Below, piece by piece: positions 10,433 to 20,073 of a stretch of 64,000 nucleotides of DNA. Positions within the stretch are counted from its first letter, which is position 1. Every line of letters begins with the position of its first letter. Position numbers and translations under genes: made by a program. Under the pieces are notes generated by a model. The model was not told the origin of the DNA. It worked only from the letters and a program-made list of their open reading frames with translations, and made no database searches. The stretch is taken from IMG/VR virus record IMGVR_UViG_3300032007_000009. One strand, written 5' to 3'. This DNA is from a virus. Lineage: Duplodnaviria > Caudoviricetes.

Positions 10433-12259
10433 TTAATAAATAATCATACCAAATTCATCTCTTTGTTCAGTATAGATATTATATGTAACTTCATTAATTG
10501 TTACTGTTCCTATATTAGTAAAACTACTTGTTATGTCTGTTCCTAATCCATCTTTAACACGTAATGTACCTGGGAATGCAATATAATAATCTACAGAATT
10601 ATAATCAGGATTTAATACAATTGTATGAGTTTGTGCATCATAAGTATATCCATCTAATGTTGTACCAATTAATCTCCAACCAGTTGATGCTTCTGTAACT
10701 GGATTTGTAGTGGCATCATATTCAGTAGCTAAATCATTAGCAATAACTGTTTCTGCAGTTGGTTGTGTTAAACCGATGTACCAATACAAATCTTTTGGTT
10801 GTGGTTCTGGTTCATCACCACCTGGTTCATCACTACCCGATTCATCTTTATAATAAACTGTTGCAGAGAAATCAATGTCACTATCTTTATATATATTATA
10901 TGTAATATTTTCTATAGTAACTACATTGAATGGATTTCCAAATATTGGAGCTCCAGAAGCATCTTCACAAGTAAATACTTGAGGTAATATTACAAAATAA
11001 TCAACTGAACTAAAATCAGTAGTTATTGTAATTGTTTCAGGTATTAATGAATTAGTTTTTGTATATGAATTTAATGGATTTTCAATTTTTCTCCAACCAA
11101 ATCCTGAAGTAACAAAATTCATATTATTGAAATCTGTTGGTAATTCTGTACCAATATACCAATAACCATAAACTGTTGTTGGAACTATTACTTCTTCAGA
11201 ACTTGTCATAATGATATTTAATCTTGAAGTATCGTCATTAATAATTTCAACTACATCATTTGAAACTCTCCATAATGCATATGTTTCTGAATTAACATAA
11301 ACATCCTTAACAAATACAAATCTTGTATCAACAGTTTGCTTATCTGCCATAACAGGAGTTAATAAGTTCTTAGGAGTTACTACATACCAAGTCTTTTGTG
11401 TAGAACGACTATCAATACCTTTAATTAAATAATTAACACCATCAATTTCTGTATACTTAACAATATGCCATGAATTTGGTTCACTATCAGTTAACATATC
11501 ATCAGTAAGTGTAATATTAATTGATGAACCATCAAATGGATAATTTTGTCCTGCATACCAATATTTTGCTGTATTATCCACTGGATTAACTGGTGGAACA
11601 TTTCCATTAGTAATTGAATTAATTTCTTCAGTTACTTCTTCAGTTGTATTATTGATTGCTTCAGAAGCATTTTCAATTTCAGTAATAGTATTTTCAAGTT
11701 CGTTAATTCTTTCATTTAATGAACCTTCTTTATCAACATCAGTACCTGTGTTACCACTATTAGGAATAAATGTATCAAATATTTCTTTAGCGGCATCATA
11801 TTCATCTTTACGATTCAAAACTTCCTTTCTATTATCTTCTAATAATATATTGGCATCAGCTAAAATTGCATTTAATTTTTCTAATTGATTTTCTGCATTC
11901 GCCTTATTGTTATTAGCAGATATTACATTACCACCGTTTTGATAAATACCATCGGTATCGTTCAATCTAAGTTTTTCGTCAATTTCTTTAAGTTTATTGT
12001 ATATTACTTTATCATTTGTAAATTCTACAAGTTTATTATTAAGAAGTTGACGTAAAGCAAGTGCTCCATTTAATGCAGCATCAGCATTATTTATTGCATC
12101 TTCAATTTTTGATATAATTGAATTTGCTGAAACAATTATTGCTTCAACATCAGCAACATTTTGTTGAGCTTCATTATAATTTTTCTGAGCATTTGTCTTA
12201 TCAACATATGCACTACCAACGGCACCTACATATATTTGAACTTTCTTTATTTTACTCAT
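10433..12259 (-). CDS. Fibre-associated protein: N-terminal coiled coil plus three repeated YWY[AI]G beta-rich domains
   Basis: Heptad-rich N-half; YWYAG/YWYIG/YWYIG repeats; cotranscribed with the collagen fibre gene. Confidence 0.55.
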   Translation of the reverse strand: MSKIKKVQIYVGAVGSAYVDKTNAQKNYNEAQQNVADVEAIIVSANSIISKIEDAINNADAALNGALALRQLLNNKLVEFTNDKVIYNKLKEIDEKLRLNDTDGIYQNGGNVISANNNKANAENQLEKLNAILADANILLEDNRKEVLNRKDEYDAAKEIFDTFIPNSGNTGTDVDKEGSLNERINELENTITEIENASEAINNTTEEVTEEINSITNGNVPPVNPVDNTAKYWYAGQNYPFDGSSINITLTDDMLTDSEPNSWHIVKYTEIDGVNYLIKGIDSRSTQKTWYVVTPKNLLTPVMADKQTVDTRFVFVKDVYVNSETYALWRVSNDVVEIINDDTSRLNIIMTSSEEVIVPTTVYGYWYIGTELPTDFNNMNFVTSGFGWRKIENPLNSYTKTNSLIPETITITTDFSSVDYFVILPQVFTCEDASGAPIFGNPFNVVTIENITYNIYKDSDIDFSATVYYKDESGSDEPGGDEPEPQPKDLYWYIGLTQPTAETVIANDLATEYDATTNPVTEASTGWRLIGTTLDGYTYDAQTHTIVLNPDYNSVDYYIAFPGTLRVKDGLGTDITSSFTNIGTVTINEVTYNIYTEQRDEFGMIIY

Positions 12260-12390
12260 ATTTTTTATAATATTTTTATAAGATTATTTCTTTAAATAAA
12301 ATGCTTATAGCACTTTATTAAATATATTTATATATAAAAATAAAAAAGAATGAATTAAAAAAATAAAAATATTATAAAAATCAAACATAA

Positions 12391-12422
12391 AAAAATGAGT
12401 AACAATTAAGTTACTCATTTTT
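12391..12422. terminator. Intrinsic terminator after the lysis genes
   Basis: AAAAATGAGTAAC-AATTAA-GTTACTCATTTT. Confidence 0.75.
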
Positions 12423-12425
12423 ATA

Positions 12426-13112
12426 TTACCATGATATTAATGAATATGTTACAGACCCACCAACTGTTAATCCATGTTTTTTACCTATAAAATCATATCC
12501 ATAAGTAATTGATGGACCAAAATGCCAATGTTTTTGTTTTTTTGTTGATAATCTAAATCCAGATAACTCTTTATATTTTACATAAGGATTTGTTGACTTA
12601 ACATAAATTTCATTATTTTTATCAATACCAACAGTATAATCAAAATTCATTATATCCTTAGTAATCTTAACTCCTAAACTATCATTATTATATTTTACAT
12701 TTCCTTCTAATATTCTAAAATCATTATTGAAATTAAAATCTTTTGAAAATCCTTTAGTTATAGTATCATGTTGTATAATGTATGCAGTATCTTTTAATTC
12801 ATTTTCAATTGTACCATTAACATATACTATTGAAGAAACTTTACCTTTTATTTTTAATTCTTCAATTTCATTATAAAGATTTTCATTTAATAATTTAAGA
12901 GTTTTTACATCAGATTCAAATGCTCGTTTTGTAGCAACTAAATTTCCATTTGAGGTTTTATAATACTTAATTGTATCATTTAATGCCTCGATGTTATTTT
13001 TATATTCTCCACTTACATTTGAACAACTGTTAATTGCAGTAAATAAACTAACACATAATACTAAGATTATTAGTATATATATAATATGTGTTTTTATGTT
13101 ACCAAAGTTCAT
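12426..13112 (-). CDS. Putative spanin-like lysis protein (N-terminal TM, coiled coil, C-terminal beta-signal)
   Basis: IIYILIILVLCVSLF TM; coiled coil; ends FGPSITYGYDF...VGGSVTYSLISW; downstream of endolysin. Confidence 0.55.
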   Translation of the reverse strand: MNFGNIKTHIIYILIILVLCVSLFTAINSCSNVSGEYKNNIEALNDTIKYYKTSNGNLVATKRAFESDVKTLKLLNENLYNEIEELKIKGKVSSIVYVNGTIENELKDTAYIIQHDTITKGFSKDFNFNNDFRILEGNVKYNNDSLGVKITKDIMNFDYTVGIDKNNEIYVKSTNPYVKYKELSGFRLSTKKQKHWHFGPSITYGYDFIGKKHGLTVGGSVTYSLISW

Positions 13113-13130
13113 TCATATCATTATATATTT

Positions 13131-13778
13131 TTATAAGTTATTATATTCTTTTTGTAAAGAATTAATTTTTGTAGACCTTTTAATATTCAAATATGCTATT
13201 GTTAGTTCTTTTTCATATCTAGGATTTGATGCATATCTACCACCACCCTTAGTTACATATTTAGTTAATAAATGTTGTTCTGTTTTACCTTTAACTAAAT
13301 AATATTTTTTTAGAACTTGACAATAATGATTAATTGCTTTATCATAAGAATCATATTTATGTTTCATAACACCAAACATTGATCTTTTAGATGATTCTCT
13401 ACCAATACCCATAGTACCGAAATTAGTTTCAATTTGTGTCTGGGCCATCATAAAGCATATATCAATATTATGATCTAAACCAAATTGTACTAAATATTTT
13501 GGAATGAATTTGTTTGATTTAGGAGCCTTCCTATTTATGTATTTACTAACTGCACTGATTAATTCAGCTTTAATACTATCTTTATAATATACAGAATCAT
13601 ATTGTATTATATTTGGTATTGTTTTTTGTACTACACATGTTTTCTGAATATTATTTTCATTCTGATTAGTTATATTTGAACTACCATATACATATGATAA
13701 ACAAAAAATAACTAAAAATATTAATACAAAAAAAGATCTCTTGATTCTCTTGAATCTCGTGTTGTTTGTTTGTTCCAT
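13131..13778 (-). CDS. GH73 glucosaminidase-type endolysin with N-terminal TM/signal anchor
   Basis: AQTQIETNFG catalytic Glu motif, SMFG, YASNPRY (YATDPxY-like); hydrophobic SFFVLIFLVIFCLSYVYG. Confidence 0.8.
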   Translation of the reverse strand: MEQTNNTRFKRIKRSFFVLIFLVIFCLSYVYGSSNITNQNENNIQKTCVVQKTIPNIIQYDSVYYKDSIKAELISAVSKYINRKAPKSNKFIPKYLVQFGLDHNIDICFMMAQTQIETNFGTMGIGRESSKRSMFGVMKHKYDSYDKAINHYCQVLKKYYLVKGKTEQHLLTKYVTKGGGRYASNPRYEKELTIAYLNIKRSTKINSLQKEYNNL

Positions 13779-13982
13779 AATTATTGTTTTACATTTTAAG
13801 CTTATATTTACCGCCTTATTATAAAACTCCTGTCACAAGTATATATAACTCGACTTAGCCAAAACTTTACACAACTTTCTGTGCAAATGTCACTTCATTT
13901 GACTCTTGAAAATCTAGTTGCTAAACTATATTTTATAATATAGTACTTTTATAAAAATAATAAATTTATATTATTTTAAATT

Positions 13983-13991
13983 TTATTTTTA
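13983..13991 (+). promoter_or_regulatory. TTATTTTTA putative late-promoter element
   Basis: Same nonamer lies 22-45 nt upstream of starts 3554(-), 14014, 20074, 26531(-), 30162, 52356(-), 58227(-) and 59768(-), and farther upstream of 12259(-) and 13778(-). Confidence 0.5.
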
Positions 13992-14013
13992 TAAAAAGGT
14001 ATATATTATAGAG

Positions 14014-14478
14014 GTGAGCAAGATATACGAAAATAAAATAAAAAATAATAAACCAAAAAGGAATAGTCGTTACCATCAAGGATATGTTCCACAAAAATTC
14101 TGTAGTAAATTATTTCAATCTGTAAAAGGTGAACCAATCATATATCGTTCAGGTTTAGAACTACAATTTATACAGTTTTGTGAGAATAATCCAAAGATAC
14201 GAAAATGGGCAAGTGAACCTATTAGTATTAAATATAAATGTAGATTAGATGGCAATGAACATGATTATTACCCAGATTATGTTTTGGAAACAATAGATGG
14301 AAGTAAAATAATAGTTGAAGTAAAACCTTATGGTCAAACAATAAAACCCGATGCAGTTGATTCATTATGGCTTAAAGAAGCATGGATACGAAATTGCGAT
14401 AAATGGAAAGCTGCAAATGAATTTGCTGAAAAAAATAATGCAAAATTTATAATAGTTACAGAAAAATTTTTTGAATAA
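14014..14478 (+). CDS. Head completion nuclease (T4 gp4-like, TnsA-N fold)
   Basis: YRSGLE, WASEP, YYPDY, VEVKP, KWKAA and IVTE motifs. Confidence 0.85.
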   Translation: MSKIYENKIKNNKPKRNSRYHQGYVPQKFCSKLFQSVKGEPIIYRSGLELQFIQFCENNPKIRKWASEPISIKYKCRLDGNEHDYYPDYVLETIDGSKIIVEVKPYGQTIKPDAVDSLWLKEAWIRNCDKWKAANEFAEKNNAKFIIVTEKFFE

Positions 14479-14596
14479 CATTAATATAAATAAATTTAAT
14501 GTTTGATGAATACCCTTTATAAGAAAATTACCAAAATGCTATTTATAAAAAATTTTAATCGATAAAAAATATCTAAATAAATTATATCAAAATATA

Positions 14597-14923
14597 ATGA
14601 AAACTATAGATAAATATATTATAGAAAAATCTGAAGTAAATGAATTTTTTAAAAAACAAGATGAGTTTACAAAAAAGATGATTAATATGTGGAAAAAGGA
14701 TGAACGTCTTAAACCATTTGATCTATATTTTAAATGGAAGAATCATGATATATCTACTGGGGAGTGGAGAAAAATAAGCAAAGAAAATATTCGTAAAATG
14801 AGATTTACAGCATCAGATATGCTTAATGATGAATATGATAAAGAAAACCCAGATGAAGAATTAATACAGATATTAGATGCAATAGAAATGGAACTTATAA
14901 ATATAGAAGGTCTTTTTAAATAA
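14597..14923 (+). CDS. Hypothetical protein with capsid-targeting-like N-terminus
   Basis: MKTIDKYIIE. Confidence 0.6.
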   Translation: MKTIDKYIIEKSEVNEFFKKQDEFTKKMINMWKKDERLKPFDLYFKWKNHDISTGEWRKISKENIRKMRFTASDMLNDEYDKENPDEELIQILDAIEMELINIEGLFK

Positions 14924-15375
14924 TGATTTATATAACACCAGATAATAAAAAAAGAAAAAATAATAAATATAAATCAATATTTTTTGCAGGAACTATAGAT
15001 AATGGAAATTCTATAAATTGGCAGGAAGAACTTTCTAAATTATTGGAACAACTTAATGTCAATATATATAGTCCAAGATGTTTAAATTGGAATCCTAATT
15101 GTACAAAGAATGAATTAATTAATCAGATTAAATGGGAGCAAAAACATTTAGATAATTCCGATATGATTATTATGGTTTTATTAGATAATTCAAAATCTCC
15201 TGTTAGTTTACTTGAATTAGGGTTATATGCAAAAAGTAAAAAGATAATAGTTTTTTGTACAGATAAATTTTATAGATATGATAATGTACAATTAACATGT
15301 GAAAAATATAATATACCATTAATTAATAGTACAGATATTGATATAATAGTAGAAAACATAATTAAATATATATAA
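14923..15375 (+). CDS. Nucleoside 2-deoxyribosyltransferase-like protein
   Basis: SIFFAGTI, WQ, SPR, QIKWE, SPVSLLELG. Confidence 0.8.
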   Translation: MIYITPDNKKRKNNKYKSIFFAGTIDNGNSINWQEELSKLLEQLNVNIYSPRCLNWNPNCTKNELINQIKWEQKHLDNSDMIIMVLLDNSKSPVSLLELGLYAKSKKIIVFCTDKFYRYDNVQLTCEKYNIPLINSTDIDIIVENIIKYI

Positions 15376-15899
15376 TGAAACGATTATCATATATTATAGA
15401 AAAGGGTATAGAAAAGGGTGGAGCTAAAATTACTAACTCTGTTGATAATACTGATGAATATGATACAGTAAAACAAATTACTCAAGATACAGAAACACAT
15501 TATGTATCTGATTATGGGGATTCATCAAGATTATTAGATACTATGCGAGAACTTGGTCTTTTAGAGAAAGATCATGGTGATGGCGGTGTTTTATATCCTA
15601 ATGGATTGCAAGGTATATTAACTTATTGGTTAAGTTTTTCAAATATGCCTACATTATGTCGATTCTTAGTAGCATTTGATAAATATGCTGAGAAATTCTC
15701 TTACGATAAAGTTCATGATGGACAATGGCATATGTGTTTCGATATTCATGATGATCCTTTAACTGGTGTTGATAATAAGACAGTTACATATTTATTACAA
15801 TATAAATCAAAAACAAAGGATCTTGATGAAATTGATAAAGCTATTGATGATTTATGTGAAGAACTAAAAAATAAATGGGGTGATTATCCAGGAAAATAA
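15375..15899 (+). CDS. Hypothetical protein with capsid-targeting-like N-terminus
   Basis: MKRLSYIIE. Confidence 0.6.
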   Translation: MKRLSYIIEKGIEKGGAKITNSVDNTDEYDTVKQITQDTETHYVSDYGDSSRLLDTMRELGLLEKDHGDGGVLYPNGLQGILTYWLSFSNMPTLCRFLVAFDKYAEKFSYDKVHDGQWHMCFDIHDDPLTGVDNKTVTYLLQYKSKTKDLDEIDKAIDDLCEELKNKWGDYPGK

Positions 15900-15903
15900 A
15901 TTA

Positions 15904-16014
15904 ATGAAATAGAAACATAAAGATTTAAAATAAAATATATAGAGGTAATATATCAAATATACTGCTTATATTTGTAAAGTCTGTGAAAAATGGCATTTAG
16001 GAATTAAAAAATAA
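15904..16014 (+). pseudogene. Decayed small zinc-ribbon gene
   Basis: One frame reads MK*KHKDLK*NI*R*YIKYTAYICKVCEKWHLGIKK* (YxCxxCxxWHxG motif). Confidence 0.45.
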
Positions 16015-16041
16015 ATTAAATAAATAAATACATAAACAATT

Positions 16042-16809
16042 ATGAAATATATAAAAAAATATGAAAATGGTACAGCATATAATGCTGATAGTTTAATATT
16101 ACCTAATATATCTTTAATATCATCAGATAATAGTTTACATATGAATCCTGATACTAATACATCTTCTCAATATGATTATGTTGAAATAGGAGGAATTAAA
16201 TGGGCTACAAAAAATTTAGGTGCAACAAGAATAGGAGATTATGGATTATTTTTCCAATGGGGTGATACACAAGGTTATACTTATCAACAATTACTTAATA
16301 ATGAACATAATTTATCGATAGAAAATCATACATTATATAATTCTGAATCTAATAATTCAGAAGATGCAATTATAAAATATAATGAGACAGATCAAAAAGA
16401 AGAATTAGAATTAATTGATGATCCTGTTCATGCAGCATTAGGTGGTAATTGGAGAACACCAACTGAAACTGAATATATTACTTTATTTGAACATACAAAA
16501 CAAATATGGGTATATAATTATAATAATACAATTGGTGGTCTTTTACTTATTGATAGTAGTGATGGTGGTAAACAATTATATTTTCCTGCATGTGGGTATT
16601 TTGAACCAATTAATGCATCTCAAAATAATTGGGAGAGTAGTAACGAATATGCTAAATATTTGACTAGTACCGTATCTGGATTTTGTAATGGTATTGAAGT
16701 TGATATTATGGAATTCTTTGAAGATAAAGATGACTATCCTATTAATTATACTAATTTTACTTATGCATTACCAGTTCGAGGTATAATAGATGATAATTTA
16801 AATAATTAA
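16042..16809 (+). CDS. Fib_succ_major/CLec-like domain protein with MKY[IL]K leader
   Basis: YVEIGGIKWATKNLGA, YGLFFQWG, GGNWRTPT, LYFPACG, LPVRG. Confidence 0.7.
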   Translation: MKYIKKYENGTAYNADSLILPNISLISSDNSLHMNPDTNTSSQYDYVEIGGIKWATKNLGATRIGDYGLFFQWGDTQGYTYQQLLNNEHNLSIENHTLYNSESNNSEDAIIKYNETDQKEELELIDDPVHAALGGNWRTPTETEYITLFEHTKQIWVYNYNNTIGGLLLIDSSDGGKQLYFPACGYFEPINASQNNWESSNEYAKYLTSTVSGFCNGIEVDIMEFFEDKDDYPINYTNFTYALPVRGIIDDNLNN

Positions 16810-16811
16810 AT

Positions 16812-17615
16812 ATGACATCTTGTATAGTTACATTTATAAAAAATGAACATGAATATCTTGACGAATGGATTCAATATCATTTGAATTTAGGTATAAATCA
16901 TATATTTATATTTGAAGATATTGATAGTTTAAGTCATAAAAAAATTATTGACAAATATTCTTCAGATAATGTTACATTAAATAATGTATCAATATTAAAT
17001 ATTAATAAATCTAATTATGGGCATAGTTGGGATAAACTTAGACAAGATATATATTTTAGATTTGGATTGTTCTGGGTTAAAACCAATTATACCTATAATT
17101 GGTGTTTTCCTATTGATAATGATGAATATATAACTTTATCTAATAATGATTATACATTAGTATCTATTTTAAATAAATATTCTGATTATGATGCTGTAGT
17201 ATTATATTGGCAAAACTATAATGCTAATGGACATATAACAAAACCTGATTATACAAATAATGGACTTATTGAGACTTATACTCAAAAATGTGAACGACCA
17301 CATAAAGATCCTAATTGGAAGAATACTAAAATAATGTATAATATGAAAACATATAAAAAATATTATTATATAGCTTCACATTCATTTTATAAATTAATTA
17401 ATTGGTGTAAATCAGATTTTTCAAAAGAATTAGGCAATATTACATATGATAATATTTATTTAAGACATTATATTACTAAATCATGGGAAGAATATGTTTG
17501 GAAATTAAAAGTTAGAGGGATGTTTCATGTAAACCATAGAAATTATGATGATTTTTTTATAATAAATAAAGATTTAATTTCAAGAAAAGATGAATTAATC
17601 AAAATGATAAATTAA
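16812..17615 (+). CDS. Glycosyltransferase (GT2/GT92-like)
   Basis: IKNEHEYLDEWIQYHLNLG, DxD (IDNDEY), HYITKSWEEY. Confidence 0.85.
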   Translation: MTSCIVTFIKNEHEYLDEWIQYHLNLGINHIFIFEDIDSLSHKKIIDKYSSDNVTLNNVSILNINKSNYGHSWDKLRQDIYFRFGLFWVKTNYTYNWCFPIDNDEYITLSNNDYTLVSILNKYSDYDAVVLYWQNYNANGHITKPDYTNNGLIETYTQKCERPHKDPNWKNTKIMYNMKTYKKYYYIASHSFYKLINWCKSDFSKELGNITYDNIYLRHYITKSWEEYVWKLKVRGMFHVNHRNYDDFFIINKDLISRKDELIKMIN

Positions 17616-17636
17616 TAAATAATAGTATATTATATT

Positions 17637-18131
17637 ATGAAATCAATTAATAATTTTTTAACAGAAGAAAAATTAGAAAATATTTATACCAATTTGGCAA
17701 AAGGTACAATTTTATATATTGTACTAGATAAAGATAAATGGACAGATAATAGTAATAAACATAAATGTTATCAAATAACAGTTAAAGATGTTACAAATAG
17801 AGGTAAAGAAACTTTATTTAGTGGAAATAAAGTAAATACTACTTCTGTTACACTTGAATCAAATCCATTTAAGATATCTAACTTTTTAATATTTGATAAA
17901 CAAAATGAAACAAAAAAGGAATTTTTTGTAAAACGTATACATGCAGAAGGATCAATTTGGTATTTTGCAGGAATATCTAAAGAAGCAGTTATCAGTGCTT
18001 TAGATTCTAAATATCGTAAACAATTAGAAGAAGTAGATGATAAGATATTAAAACTTCAAAAGGATATTGAAGAGTTAAATACAGAAAAACAACAAATTGA
18101 AGATAAATTAAAAATTGAACTCGAAGATTAA
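17637..18131 (+). CDS. Hypothetical protein with capsid-targeting-like N-terminus and C-terminal coiled coil
   Basis: MKSINNFLTE. Confidence 0.6.
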   Translation: MKSINNFLTEEKLENIYTNLAKGTILYIVLDKDKWTDNSNKHKCYQITVKDVTNRGKETLFSGNKVNTTSVTLESNPFKISNFLIFDKQNETKKEFFVKRIHAEGSIWYFAGISKEAVISALDSKYRKQLEEVDDKILKLQKDIEELNTEKQQIEDKLKIELED

Positions 18132-18133
18132 TA

Positions 18134-18601
18134 ATGAAAAGATATTCAGAGTTATTTGAAAATAAAGACGATATTAAACATTACGTAGATGGTATTTTAG
18201 TATCTGAGGATAATAGAATACTAATTTTACGTCGTGCTAATTATATGAAGTTATTTGGTGGTTGTTGGGGATTTGTTGGTGGCTCTATAGATAAAAAAGA
18301 TAAAGATAGTAAATCTGCTATTATAAGAGAAATTAAAGAAGAGACAGGTTTAGAACTAACATTTAACGAACAACAAAAAATGAAATCTATAGATAAACAA
18401 GGACATGAAAAAGAAGATGGTTCAATAGGTTCTGATACAGAATATTGGTTAATCCAATTAGAAACAACTCCAGATATTAAAATATCTCGTGAACATTCAA
18501 AATATGAATGGGTTGGACCTGAAGAAATAAAAGAACGTAATCGTAAATTTATGTCAGATGTTTTTCATTACATACAAAAATATTTTAACGGTGATTTGTA
18601 A
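18134..18601 (+). CDS. Nudix hydrolase with capsid-targeting-like N-terminus
   Basis: Nudix box GG...AIIREIKEETGL; SREHSKYEW; MKRYSELFE. Confidence 0.9.
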   Translation: MKRYSELFENKDDIKHYVDGILVSEDNRILILRRANYMKLFGGCWGFVGGSIDKKDKDSKSAIIREIKEETGLELTFNEQQKMKSIDKQGHEKEDGSIGSDTEYWLIQLETTPDIKISREHSKYEWVGPEEIKERNRKFMSDVFHYIQKYFNGDL

Positions 18602-19266
18602 TGCCAATTATACATAAACCTGAACAAACAACATTAGGACACGTTTTTGATCTTAAGTCATTAGATAAGAAGGTATATACAGATGAAGAAATTAAATCTT
18701 TCAGATTGGATGAATCAATAAATAATCATCCATTAGCAAGAAAACCAACCTCTATAAGATCTAAATTAGCGTATAAAGAAATATTAAGAAACTTAAAACC
18801 AACAAAGAAATATGTATTACCTGGACAGGTAGTATTATTTAATTATTCACAACCAAAATTTAAGGAAGAACTTGAATATTATGATAATTATCCATTTTGT
18901 ATAAGTTTTGGTATTATAAGAACTGAAGATGGTAATATTCGTGAATGCATGTTAAATCTCCATTATTATCCCCCATTTACAAGAGCACGAATATTACAAC
19001 AAGTATTTACACATTTTAGACCATATTTTGAAAAATATTTTAATGAAGCAGGTACAAAACCAAATACTGTTATGTCTTATTCAATGTTAAAACATTTACT
19101 TAAGGTTAATCAGAAAATTGCATTTGGAACAAAAATGTATATTCCTGTACTTAGAGGTATTACATATAATATTCCTTCAAGGTTATTCCCAACAGCCTTT
19201 TACACAGAAGGTAAATTTAGTAAAGCAACATTACAACAAATATATCATTTTTGGAGACAATTTTAA
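18601..19266 (+). CDS. DNA end protector (T4 gp2-like)
   Basis: PGQVVLFNY...LEYYDNYP...LNLHYYPPFTRARIL. Confidence 0.75.
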   Translation: MPIIHKPEQTTLGHVFDLKSLDKKVYTDEEIKSFRLDESINNHPLARKPTSIRSKLAYKEILRNLKPTKKYVLPGQVVLFNYSQPKFKEELEYYDNYPFCISFGIIRTEDGNIRECMLNLHYYPPFTRARILQQVFTHFRPYFEKYFNEAGTKPNTVMSYSMLKHLLKVNQKIAFGTKMYIPVLRGITYNIPSRLFPTAFYTEGKFSKATLQQIYHFWRQF

Positions 19267-19268
19267 TT

Positions 19269-20030
19269 ATGAAATACTTAAAACTTTTTTCAACACAAAC
19301 TCAATATCAATCATATATAAAAAATAATTGGATATCTCCACATATCTATAAAATACAAGAAAATAAAAATGTTGATTATGAAGATAAATATATACCACTT
19401 GAATACATAAGTAGTACTCAAACAGGTGGACAGTATATTGATTTAGGATGTCATTTAATGGAAAACACTGACGATATTAAAATTGATATTAAATTTAATA
19501 TTAAAGGTGTAGGTAAATCATCTTCAGGTGGCGATCCTAATTTGGCAACATTAATTTCATCACAACCAGAAGTTAGTCCATGGCCAGGATTTATATTGAG
19601 ACGTCAAGCGGTGGATAATTATAGAATTCATTTACAAACAAAATGGCAGTTTACAAATTCTGCAAAACGAGTTGGTGATGCTAAATATGATTCTAAATAT
19701 TTATCATATGTACAATCTGCTAATAATTGGATAAGTGTTGATTATCCAGGTATATATGAGTTTACAGAAATATTAGATAACATACCACAATCACAAGTCA
19801 ATGATTGTACATGTACATTATTCTGTGCATTAGATAGTTCAAATAATCCTTTTAGATATTGTTATGCTGATTTATATTATTTGAAATTTACAAAGGGAGA
19901 AACTGTTGTAAGAGATTTAGTTCCTGTTTTAAATAAACGTAATATTCCTGGTTTATATGACAAAGTAAATAAAAAATTCTATCCATCACAAGGAGATACA
20001 AATTTTGTAGCTGGTCCTATAAAATCATAA
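19269..20030 (+). CDS. Putative lectin-like (beta-sandwich) virion adhesin with MKY[IL]K leader
   Basis: ATG at 19269; EYISST..GQYIDLG...VRDLVPV...GLYDKVNKKFY...FVAGP pattern typical of phage fibre-tip domains. Confidence 0.55.
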   Translation: MKYLKLFSTQTQYQSYIKNNWISPHIYKIQENKNVDYEDKYIPLEYISSTQTGGQYIDLGCHLMENTDDIKIDIKFNIKGVGKSSSGGDPNLATLISSQPEVSPWPGFILRRQAVDNYRIHLQTKWQFTNSAKRVGDAKYDSKYLSYVQSANNWISVDYPGIYEFTEILDNIPQSQVNDCTCTLFCALDSSNNPFRYCYADLYYLKFTKGETVVRDLVPVLNKRNIPGLYDKVNKKFYPSQGDTNFVAGPIKS

Positions 20031-20073
20031 ATAAATTTTATTTTTATAAAATACTTATATAAATAATGAATAT

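Noticed and set aside
14014-14478. Tn7 TnsA transposase/mobile element
   Set aside because: No tnsB/tnsC or transposon ends; size, motifs and context fit a gp4-like head-completion protein.
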